Shown: positions 1-7,547 of the stretch, piece by piece
Layout of the letters: the number at the start of each line of letters is the position of its first letter
Position numbering within the stretch: the stretch's first letter is position 1
Source of the DNA: a virus
Taxonomy: Duplodnaviria; Caudoviricetes
IMG/VR virus record: IMGVR_UViG_3300044512_003224
Coordinates: 1-52,739 of that record
Reading direction: 5' to 3' (one strand)
Length of the DNA: 52,739 nt
Position numbers and translations under genes: made by a program
The notes under the pieces: model-generated
What the model was told of the DNA's origin: nothing
What the model saw: only the letters and a program-made list of their open reading frames with translations
The model's database searches: none

Positions 1-302
1 GGTGTGTTGTTACCGATAGGACGAGATATAATCTTGTGAGGATTAATGCCATTATCCATTAGAAACTCAAAATCTGCATCTGTCATATTACGAGCTGTGC
101 AAACTAAAACATAATCGCCACGCTTAGAACGCTTGTTGATTTGCTGTGCTAATGGCAAAACGCTATCACCAAAAATCTTTTCAGGTGTAGAATTTTGTAA
201 CCAGTTAGCAATATCAAGAGTTCCGTCTGGCTTGGTAACTTGTCGGTGAGTGCTGTCGATAACAGTTCCGTCAAGGTCGAAGATGGTAATATTTTTAATC
301 AT
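1..302 (-). CDS. HAD-superfamily phosphatase (partial, runs off window; not in ORF track)
   Basis: Manual translation MIKNITIFDLDGTVIDSTHRQ...VLVCTAR: HAD motif I (DxDGT) and motif II (TAR); AAGGA RBS upstream. Confidence 0.85.
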   Translation of the reverse strand, partial: MIKNITIFDLDGTVIDSTHRQVTKPDGTLDIANWLQNSTPEKIFGDSVLPLAQQINKRSKRGDYVLVCTARNMTDADFEFLMDNGINPHKIISRPIGNNT

Positions 303-326
303 GTTTAAAGTTCCTTTCATAATATA

Positions 327-355
327 GTTATACGCGAATAATCAGGTAATGTAAA
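327..355 (-). promoter_or_regulatory. sigma70-type promoter for HAD gene
   Basis: TTTACA-17 nt-TATAAC on - strand, 25 nt upstream of ATG. Confidence 0.7.
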
Positions 356-404
356 GCATAAAATGCATCGTTTTCCGCATTGTGGAAAGAAAAGAATTCA
401 ATTA

Positions 405-471
405 AATCAATGGGTTAGGTGACTTGCAAAACTTTTTTTAAGCTAAAAAACCTAACAAAATCAATGACTTA
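405..471 (+). promoter_or_regulatory. two IHF-consensus sites (direct repeat)
   Basis: AATCAA-TGGG-TTA (405-417) and AATCAA-TGAC-TTA (459-471) both match WATCAANNNNTTR. Confidence 0.5.
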
Positions 472-495
472 GCCGATCGGGGGCCGAGCCGGCGC

Positions 496-510
496 GTTCA
501 CGTTTTGTTC
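496..510. promoter_or_regulatory. alphaproteobacterial-type LexA (SOS) box
   Basis: GTTC-ACGTTTT-GTTC = GTTC-N7-GTTC, intergenic; overlaps inverted repeat TTTTGTTCT-catt-AGAACAAAA (503-524). Confidence 0.45.
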
Positions 511-519
511 TCATTAGAA

Positions 520-548
520 CAAAAAAATAAGAGGCTTTCGCCTCTTAT
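520..548 (-). terminator. rho-independent terminator of HNH gene
   Basis: ATAAGAGGC-GAAA-GCCTCTTAT hairpin followed by T-run on - strand, at the HNH stop codon. Confidence 0.85.
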
Positions 549-901
549 CTTGGAAGGATTTTTTTACCACGTTTCGAGCGTTTAATACCTGCTTTTACGT
601 CTCGAATTGTTGCCTTGAAAACTTGTTGATTTTCAAATACCACGCGGTCAAATTCTGATTTGCTATCAATATTTAATGGCTTGCGAATTTTTAGGCTTGG
701 CATGGATACCTTGCCTTTTGAGATATTGCAAGTAACACATAGGCATTGCCCATTTTCTAGGATATCTGCACCGCCTAGGGCTTGCGCTTGGATATGGTCT
801 GCGTGCAATCCAAATCCATATTCGTTGCTATATCCGCAAGCGCGACAAGTGTGATTATCGCGGTTGAAAATTGCTTGTCTTGTTGTCTCGGTGAATCCCA
901 T
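545..901 (-). CDS. HNH endonuclease
   Basis: RD..TCRACG...HADHI...GG....NGQCLCVTCN..KG, McrA-type HNH with two CxxC; AAGGA RBS. Confidence 0.9.
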   Translation of the reverse strand: MGFTETTRQAIFNRDNHTCRACGYSNEYGFGLHADHIQAQALGGADILENGQCLCVTCNISKGKVSMPSLKIRKPLNIDSKSEFDRVVFENQQVFKATIRDVKAGIKRSKRGKKILPR

Positions 902-940
902 CTTGAAAATCCTTAAAAAGAGTTAAAGCTTATAATAAAC

Positions 941-968
941 AGTATCATAGCTTGCATAGTAATGTAAA
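941..968 (-). promoter_or_regulatory. probable promoter of HNH gene
   Basis: TTTACA-16 nt-GATACT; shares TTTACATTAC with the HAD promoter. Confidence 0.5.
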
Positions 969-1110
969 CCCCTAAATGTAATTAATTTGCATTTATTTTC
1001 CGTATCGTGAAAAGCTATAGGGGCGGTTATGAGGACTTGACCGCTTGCCGATACGCTGCGCACCTCTACAGAGCCTCGACCAGGAAATTTCTGAAAATAC
1101 AGGACTATTC

Positions 1111-1139
1111 TTGACATCCCTTAAAGGAAGATCTATACT
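1111..1139 (+). promoter_or_regulatory. near-consensus sigma70 promoter heading the late operon
   Basis: TTGACA-17 nt-TATACT. Confidence 0.85.
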
Positions 1140-1205
1140 GTGTTTACAGACTTATATTCAAAATTACTTTTGTTTTGAGTCTTAAAAAATTTTATATGGG
1201 AAAAA

Positions 1206-1625
1206 ATGGAAAAATATAAGTACGGACCTTTAGTATATATTACTGTAAATGACACAGATGAAGATGGTAACTTTTATTGGGGCGGTAATCCTCCTGTTGG
1301 TTATGATGAGATGGGCATACCAATTGATAAAAATGGACATCAATGCTTATCTGTAGAGTCTCCTCTACACCCAAACTACGAACCTACTGACGCACAATTT
1401 AATACTACACTAAATGATAACATCCCTTCTCTTGAGGAGGTAAGAAATTGGTTTGATGAATTATTTTTAATAACTTCTGAAGATCAGATTAAAAAATATA
1501 TTCTTAGATGGTATTCACTTAAACGTGCTTCTCGCAAATCCCAGAATTATAGAAATCTTTTAGCAGAACGTCTTTCTGTTAGCGAAATGATAGACCGTAT
1601 ATGGCCAGACGAACCGACATCTTAA
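1206..1625 (+). CDS. hypothetical protein
   Basis: 139-aa ORF downstream of strong promoter, overlaps next gene; no motif recognised. Confidence 0.65.
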   Translation: MEKYKYGPLVYITVNDTDEDGNFYWGGNPPVGYDEMGIPIDKNGHQCLSVESPLHPNYEPTDAQFNTTLNDNIPSLEEVRNWFDELFLITSEDQIKKYILRWYSLKRASRKSQNYRNLLAERLSVSEMIDRIWPDEPTS

Positions 1626-2602
1626 ATTATTTAGTCACTTTACTTCGCGGCATTAGATCTCGCGACTTAAATAGCGCTAACGCTGTTGCTCAAGTAACTG
1701 ACGGAGTAGTCACCGATGCTACTTTAGATTTTAGCGGTCTTTTTTATGACTCAGCTACAGTAAGTTTTGAAGACCCTGGAAAAGTTCAAGCCAATGCAAT
1801 AGCCGTGTTAAGTGGTGATTCAGTTTCTTCAGTCACAGTTGATCAACCTGGAGGTATATATCAGCGTTTAATACAAATGCTTACTCAGCTTGGTGGATTA
1901 ATACTCACTCAATCAGGCGACTCTTTAGCTGCTCAACAAGAAGATATACCTACAGTGATTTTTTCTGCGCCTGAAGGTGTAGGGGGAGTTACTGCACAAG
2001 GATTTGCAACAGTCAACTCAGGCTTCTCGATTACATCGATTACTGTTACAGATGGTGGGCGTGGATATACTGAGCCACCAAGCATCACTATTCGTGAACC
2101 TGATCGTGCGCTTGATCCTGCAACAGGTACTGTGCGCATCAAGCGCGGAGTTGTAGACTCTATCGATGTTAGTTTCGGCTCACAACAGTATTTATTCACT
2201 CCAAATATCGCCATCTCACCGTCAAGTGTGATTTTTAACACTCAAACGGCTCAAGTGTTTAGACAGCAACGATTTCTAGATGAGATCAATGATTTTCCAA
2301 CAATCACGCTAAGTGGAACACCACGTGAAGATGTATTGCAAACTGAGTCTGGACAACGAACACGTTCTATGACACAATCTGTTAGAGGTTATGTAAACAC
2401 TGGACATGAACTTGACTCACTCTACGAGTCAGAGAACTTAGCTCGTGACATTGAAACTGTGATTGATCGGTTTTCAGACATGAGTTCTAATCTAGGAGTG
2501 GAACGTGCGCAGGTCAGAGCATTTAACACTGACGAAGGTCTACTCACTCCTTATGGAATTTGTGAGCTTGAGGTAGAAATATTATACAATGAGGAGATAT
2601 AA
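1601..2602 (+). CDS. tail-terminator-like protein with ~190-aa beta-repeat insertion
   Basis: Shares RRT.I...L, FLDEINDFP and TDEGL..PYG with 24365..24820; insert has SITVTDGGRGYTEPP-type repeats. Confidence 0.7.
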   Translation: MARRTDILNYLVTLLRGIRSRDLNSANAVAQVTDGVVTDATLDFSGLFYDSATVSFEDPGKVQANAIAVLSGDSVSSVTVDQPGGIYQRLIQMLTQLGGLILTQSGDSLAAQQEDIPTVIFSAPEGVGGVTAQGFATVNSGFSITSITVTDGGRGYTEPPSITIREPDRALDPATGTVRIKRGVVDSIDVSFGSQQYLFTPNIAISPSSVIFNTQTAQVFRQQRFLDEINDFPTITLSGTPREDVLQTESGQRTRSMTQSVRGYVNTGHELDSLYESENLARDIETVIDRFSDMSSNLGVERAQVRAFNTDEGLLTPYGICELEVEILYNEEI

Positions 2603-3031
2603 ATGCCGACAAGACGCACACAGATTATTGACGCTCTTCGTGATCACTTAGTTGCAAATACTGATGTGGCAGACGGCAACTGTCAACGATTTTGGGTATA
2701 TCTACACGAAATAAACGACTTTCCGTTTATTGCATTTTTACCACGTAGCGAGTCTAGACAGCATCTTAGCGCTAATCGCAAACTTGCGATCATTACAGTG
2801 TTAATTCGTGGATACACCTATGACGGAGATAGTCCAATAGTCTCTGCGGAAGACTTTGGGTTTCAGATAGAGCGCGCAGTTGATTCGTTCTCACGAAGTC
2901 AAACAGCGTTAAGTTTTAGCGTACATGAAGCACGTGTAGTTCAGTTTCGTACAGATGAAGGATTATTCAAGCCCTATGCGATTGCAGACGTAGAGGCAGA
3001 AATTTTATATGAGGTAAGCAATGACATCTAA
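2603..3031 (+). CDS. tail-terminator-like protein (second paralogue)
   Basis: MPTRRTQIID, EINDFP, IRGY, TDEGLFKPY colinear with 24365..24820. Confidence 0.7.
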   Translation: MPTRRTQIIDALRDHLVANTDVADGNCQRFWVYLHEINDFPFIAFLPRSESRQHLSANRKLAIITVLIRGYTYDGDSPIVSAEDFGFQIERAVDSFSRSQTALSFSVHEARVVQFRTDEGLFKPYAIADVEAEILYEVSNDI

Positions 3032-3461
3032 TAATATAACAACAAGTGTAGACGCACTCAATCGCACACTAGAAGCGCCAGCGCTAGACCCTGTAGTACT
3101 GGCGCTCGCTAACGATTACCTATCAGGTAAAGGTGTAGGCGAAATCGCTGAAGAGTATGGTATCTCCGAAGATCGAGTGACTGCAGTGATTGAAAAGAAA
3201 GAGGTAAAGAACTATATTGATTCAGTCTTTGCCACGCAAGGATATCTTAATCGTGTTAAGCGCATCAATTTAATCAATCAGGTGATAGATCAAAAAATAC
3301 AAGAAGCAGTAGAGACAGGCATCTACTCTAAAAAAGATTTACTCGACTGGATGAAGCATTTACAAGAGGTAGAAACGTCTCTAAAACCAAAGCAGAGTGG
3401 TCCTGCTGTAGCAGTTCAAATTAACAACTATGATAAACTAATGAAAGATTTAATGGATTGA
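3021..3461 (+). CDS. terS: terminase small subunit (T5-like)
   Basis: N-terminal HTH (EIAEEYGIS), EVKNYIDSVF..GY.NR, KDLLD and VQINNYDKLM resemble T5-family TerS. Confidence 0.8.
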   Translation: MTSNNITTSVDALNRTLEAPALDPVVLALANDYLSGKGVGEIAEEYGISEDRVTAVIEKKEVKNYIDSVFATQGYLNRVKRINLINQVIDQKIQEAVETGIYSKKDLLDWMKHLQEVETSLKPKQSGPAVAVQINNYDKLMKDLMD

Positions 3462-3973
3462 TTCTTGTAGCTGGAGATTCTTATTCAGACTCTTCTTACT
3501 CTAATCAGACTTGCAGAAGGGGAAACAGTGAACCGTACTCGTGGGTCAACTTGCTATCTCAACATTATAGCATTCGCTGTGCAGCTCAAACAGGATGCTC
3601 AAATTATGATATAGTTTCGCAAATTAGCAGACGCAAAGACTACAATTTTTTAATTGTGAATGTATCTGCAGTTACTCGAACAGCATGGAACGCCCCTTAC
3701 CCTACTAAAAATAGCACGCTTTCAGAGGTTGAAGCAAATTTAAAAATAGCAAGCACCTTAGGTAAAAGAAGCGATACACTCTGTTGGACGCCTTTTCCTG
3801 GATATGAAGGATGCTCTGGAGTTCATTTTATTCCTCTCGAGCACCATAATGAAATGTATAATCGCAGCGTCGAGACAAGATGTACACAAAATCATATGGA
3901 CCGGGAGGGGCATATGATTTTATACGAGTGGATGTTAAAGCATTTAAAATCAAAAGGATATATCAATGAATAA
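3458..3973 (+). CDS. SGNH/GDSL hydrolase-like protein
   Basis: VAGDSYS block I, GCSN block II, C-terminal NHMDREGH. Confidence 0.65.
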   Translation: MILVAGDSYSDSSYSNQTCRRGNSEPYSWVNLLSQHYSIRCAAQTGCSNYDIVSQISRRKDYNFLIVNVSAVTRTAWNAPYPTKNSTLSEVEANLKIASTLGKRSDTLCWTPFPGYEGCSGVHFIPLEHHNEMYNRSVETRCTQNHMDREGHMILYEWMLKHLKSKGYINE

Positions 3974-4295
3974 TAAATTTTCTATTGGAGTGGTTGTTGC
4001 AATTGTGCTTCAAGTCTCCGCATTTGTTTGGTGGACAGCTCAACAAGCACAAACTATTGAACAACTCAATACACAAGTGAGTGAACTCACATCGCGCATG
4101 GCAATTGAAGATAGTATCAACTTACGTAACAGCATTGAACGTATAGACGAACTCGTCTTAGATCATGATGCGTATCTTGATGAAATCTACTATGTCATCA
4201 ACGATTTAGTTGAGTTTGCCCGATTCACTGAAAATCGTTGGGCAGACGTCTATGGCACTAACGACACCTATGAGCGTAAATTTGGAACTAAATGA
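3966..4295 (+). CDS. membrane-anchored coiled-coil protein
   Basis: N-terminal TM (IGVVVAIVLQVSAFVWW) followed by heptads; coupled to both neighbours. Confidence 0.6.
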   Translation: MNNKFSIGVVVAIVLQVSAFVWWTAQQAQTIEQLNTQVSELTSRMAIEDSINLRNSIERIDELVLDHDAYLDEIYYVINDLVEFARFTENRWADVYGTNDTYERKFGTK

Positions 4296-5056
4296 AAATT
4301 GGAATAATACAAGCTCTTGATTTGAGCAATGTTTCAGACTATCAACGTAAGTATTTTTGGCAACCATGTATGCAGAGTGTGCGCGATTGGGCAGAGCGAT
4401 GGGGATATGGTTATCATTTTTATGACTCTCCTGTCTTACCTGAAGCACGAAGTGCTTTAAACGTTAAGTGGAGACATCAAGATAAAGTACGAGAGAATCA
4501 ATTTAATAAGTTTGCCTGGATGCGAGATCAAGTAGATAACTATGATACGCTTTGTTGGATAGACTCGGATATATACGTATGGGGTACTCCAAGAAACATT
4601 TTTCATGATTGTTTAGATAAGTTTTACGCTCTTTATTATAGAAGAGTGTTAAACGATAAACTCTCATGGAAACGAGTAACTTTATCAATGTTTTGGGCTT
4701 CGTGCTCTTTGATTGTAGAAACTGCTGACTGGATGGATACAATGATACACAATCCAAATCAGAGAGGTGCATACTATACAACTTTTTTAATGTGTTGTCA
4801 GAAGCTTAACATAGATTTTACAGAAGAAATAGCTTTTAGTGCTTGGTATTATGAAAACAAAGATCGCTGTTATTTGCATGATGTATCTTCTGGCAGTAAC
4901 GAATGGTATGTTGTTCCAAAAGACTATGGCTATGTTTCACATAAAGATAGCTTTAATCATTTAACTGGTAAGGATAAACTTAGAGATAAACAACGCTTTG
5001 ATGCTTATCGAGCATATTTAGCCTATGAAGAAGGAAGAAATATATGGATAAAATGA
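4292..5056 (+). CDS. GT-A glycosyltransferase (GT34/nucleotide-diphospho-sugar transferase-like)
   Basis: WAERWGYGY, NKF, YDTLCWIDSDIYV (DxD), EE and C-terminal HLTG. Confidence 0.7.
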   Translation: MKIGIIQALDLSNVSDYQRKYFWQPCMQSVRDWAERWGYGYHFYDSPVLPEARSALNVKWRHQDKVRENQFNKFAWMRDQVDNYDTLCWIDSDIYVWGTPRNIFHDCLDKFYALYYRRVLNDKLSWKRVTLSMFWASCSLIVETADWMDTMIHNPNQRGAYYTTFLMCCQKLNIDFTEEIAFSAWYYENKDRCYLHDVSSGSNEWYVVPKDYGYVSHKDSFNHLTGKDKLRDKQRFDAYRAYLAYEEGRNIWIK

Positions 5057-5166
5057 TGAAAGAATGGATACAACTGATTCAGTATCACGATTCAATGCGT
5101 ACATGCTGGGCAGAGAGACAAAAAAATGCGTCGGCGCTTCGCGCAAAGTATCAACGAGATGAATGA
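5053..5166 (+). CDS. 37-aa peptide (not in ORF track)
   Basis: MMKEWIQLIQYHDSMRTCWAERQKNASALRAKYQRDE; ATGA overlap with GT stop and ATGAATGA overlap with radical SAM start at 5159. Confidence 0.5.
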   Translation: MMKEWIQLIQYHDSMRTCWAERQKNASALRAKYQRDE

Positions 5167-6025
5167 CACCGCCCGATTCGACTCATATATCACACATGTA
5201 GAATTAAGTTTTACAGATGTATGCAACTATGAATGCTCGTTTTGTCCTCAGTCAACTCACTTCAACTCTAAAAATATTATGAGTGAGCGCACGCTTCAAC
5301 GTGCACTAGATCATGTGCTAGAGTTTGATCATTTTGTACACATCTATGTTAGTGGTCGTGGAGAACCAACGCTACACCCTGAGTTTGAGCACTTTATTAA
5401 AACGATATATGATCGTATAAAAAATACTCCACATTCTCTTAAGATGTTTACAAACGGTGCGAGACTACGAGAGGTTGCGTATTTGATACCGTGCTTTGAT
5501 CGATTGTATTTAAACATCTATGATGAGACGCCTGAAGAAAAACGAGATGCCCTAGTTCGCGCTTTTCAATTTTTTTATAATGTTAATATTGAGTTTAAGC
5601 TTACTTCAATTCCTGAGTTCTATGGTTATAGGAGAGAGTTTAGTAAACGATTCCCAATAAAAAGACTATTTTCAAACCGTGCAGGCTCTGTGCACTCAGA
5701 AAAAACTTCTGATCGCTTTGTTCCAGATGCTCAGTATGCTTCTACTTGTGCTAGGCCGTTTTTCTCAATATTTGTTGAAGCTACTGGAGACTACTCCTTG
5801 TGCCACGATGATTGGAAGCACAGTTTAAGCTTGCCTAGTGTGCACAGCACAAGTATGATAGACTATGTAAATAAAGACCCGCAATTTTTACGCATAGCTA
5901 ATAACTTGTTACATGGACGCAGAGACTATTCTCCCTGCAATCGCTGTAACCGTAAGCTTGAGTGGATTCACTATTTTACTCCAGAAAAACTTCAATCTTT
6001 GAAAAAGGCTTACATAGATGTATGA
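5159..6025 (+). CDS. radical SAM protein with C-terminal SPASM/Twitch domain
   Basis: CNYECSFC (CX3CX2C), GRGEPTLHP, TNG, CARPF...G.YSLC..DW, PCNRC; start re-called from 5126 to 5159. Confidence 0.9.
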   Translation: MNDTARFDSYITHVELSFTDVCNYECSFCPQSTHFNSKNIMSERTLQRALDHVLEFDHFVHIYVSGRGEPTLHPEFEHFIKTIYDRIKNTPHSLKMFTNGARLREVAYLIPCFDRLYLNIYDETPEEKRDALVRAFQFFYNVNIEFKLTSIPEFYGYRREFSKRFPIKRLFSNRAGSVHSEKTSDRFVPDAQYASTCARPFFSIFVEATGDYSLCHDDWKHSLSLPSVHSTSMIDYVNKDPQFLRIANNLLHGRRDYSPCNRCNRKLEWIHYFTPEKLQSLKKAYIDV

Positions 6026-6857
6026 GTATATGCATTCAGTAGAACTTTCTCTCACTGATTTGTGTAATATGCAGTGTGTATTTTGTCCTCATTCTACTAC
6101 TTTTGCTAATAAAGCAAACTACATGAGTATAGAAACGCTACAGTGCTCATTAGATCACATATTATCGCTCGACCAATCAATTCAAATAACTTTAAATGGG
6201 CGAGGAGAGCCTACTCTTCATCCTGAGTTTGAAAGTTTAGTTGAGTTGTTATCTTCAAGAATTGCGTCTACAAATCATACTTTGAGCATGGGTACAAATG
6301 GTGCTCGACTTAGTAAATACTCACACTTAATTAGCATGTTTTCCCGTATTAACTTAAATATATATGATGAGCATTCTGTTTCAGAAATAAAAAATCTTTT
6401 AAACACATACTCAACTTACTCTAATATTCGCATATTACTAAAGAGAACTGATGTAAAAAAGAAAATGATATTAAACAGAGCACAGTCCTCTTTTTTTATA
6501 AAAAACTTTTCAAACCGTGCTGGATCTGTAAACCACGCTACAACATGTACACCTTTTAAGGCTCATCAAACTTACGGCAGTGCTTGTCATAAACCTTTTA
6601 CTTCTGCCTACATTGAATATAATGGAGAATATAGTTTGTGCTGTGATGATTGGAGTCGTAGCTTAAAACTTGGAAACGTGCATAAACAATCTATTAAAGA
6701 GTTATACACAAAAAATAATACTTTTAGAGATATTGCTATTGACCTACTTCATGGTAAACGAGAACAATATCCTTGCAAAAATTGTAATCGTAAGTTAAGA
6801 TGGTATGATGAATTTAGTGAAACTCACTTTGAAGCACTACAACGTGAGTATTTATAG
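6018..6857 (+). CDS. radical SAM/SPASM protein, tandem paralogue
   Basis: CNMQCVFC, GRGEPTLHPEFE, FSNRAGSV, CHKPF, LCCDDW, PCKNCNRKL.W shared with previous gene. Confidence 0.9.
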   Translation: MYEYMHSVELSLTDLCNMQCVFCPHSTTFANKANYMSIETLQCSLDHILSLDQSIQITLNGRGEPTLHPEFESLVELLSSRIASTNHTLSMGTNGARLSKYSHLISMFSRINLNIYDEHSVSEIKNLLNTYSTYSNIRILLKRTDVKKKMILNRAQSSFFIKNFSNRAGSVNHATTCTPFKAHQTYGSACHKPFTSAYIEYNGEYSLCCDDWSRSLKLGNVHKQSIKELYTKNNTFRDIAIDLLHGKREQYPCKNCNRKLRWYDEFSETHFEALQREYL

Positions 6858-6866
6858 GAGACAGAG

Positions 6867-7205
6867 ATGAGTAAACAACCACGTGATGATGGTAATGAAC
6901 CGATTCCAGTGCTTGCACTACGACCTGGAGGAGGTCAACAGATTGCAATTAGTGCATCTTCAAACCGTTCTAGTGAGATATCTGCCTCAGTTCGAGTTGT
7001 AACTCTATTCAGCACTGTTGATGCTTTTATTGAAGTTGGTGACAACACAGTGGAGGCTAACTCGTCTACTTCACATTTTTTACCTGCGCAAATTCCTTAT
7101 GATATTTCACTCGGTGCTGAGACACGTTCTTCAGATAATTCAAGATTTGTAGCAGTGATTCAGTCTGCATCTTCAGGAACACTTCATTTAAGTGAGCGTG
7201 ACTAA
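6867..7205 (+). CDS. small beta-rich probable virion protein
   Basis: AGGAG RBS; Ser/Ala/Val-rich; precedes fibre genes. Confidence 0.6.
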   Translation: MSKQPRDDGNEPIPVLALRPGGGQQIAISASSNRSSEISASVRVVTLFSTVDAFIEVGDNTVEANSSTSHFLPAQIPYDISLGAETRSSDNSRFVAVIQSASSGTLHLSERD

Positions 7206-7477
7206 TGTCGTCAATTTCAGCGGGTCGTCTCGCGCTGCGACTATCCACTGTAAAACGTGCTTTTGCGATTATAGCTCCAGAAGCGCAAGTTGGCATCGCA
7301 GATCTATTGTTTACTCAAGACGGACAGGGATTCTCTCTTAACCAAAATCCTCTCAATGTCTTAATTCTTAACCAAGACATTTCAGAGTTTTCACTTGTGC
7401 TGTCTCAAGATGGTGATATTTTAATAGATCAGATTGACAGACCATTTAGAACCCAGCAGTTTATAAGCTCTTCATAA
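7205..7477 (+). CDS. hypothetical virion protein with L-x-[TS]-Q-D-G repeats
   Basis: TAATG coupling; LLFTQDG, LVLSQDGDILIDQ. Confidence 0.55.
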   Translation: MSSISAGRLALRLSTVKRAFAIIAPEAQVGIADLLFTQDGQGFSLNQNPLNVLILNQDISEFSLVLSQDGDILIDQIDRPFRTQQFISSS

Positions 7478-7485
7478 TATTTATT

Positions 7486-7514
7486 TTGACACTACTCTTC
7501 AGTTATGATTTAAT
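7486..7514 (+). promoter_or_regulatory. sigma70 promoter for giant fibre gene
   Basis: TTGACA-17 nt-TTTAAT with extended -10 TG; intergenic. Confidence 0.75.
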
Positions 7515-7547
7515 GATGTAAATAGGCGCACTCGTAAAGGATTAAAT

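Noticed and set aside
923-1117. 64-aa minus-strand ORF (also 660..854 on +)
   Set aside because: Spans the HNH promoter and the -35 of the late promoter, with no clear RBS or motif; 660..854 is antisense to the HNH gene
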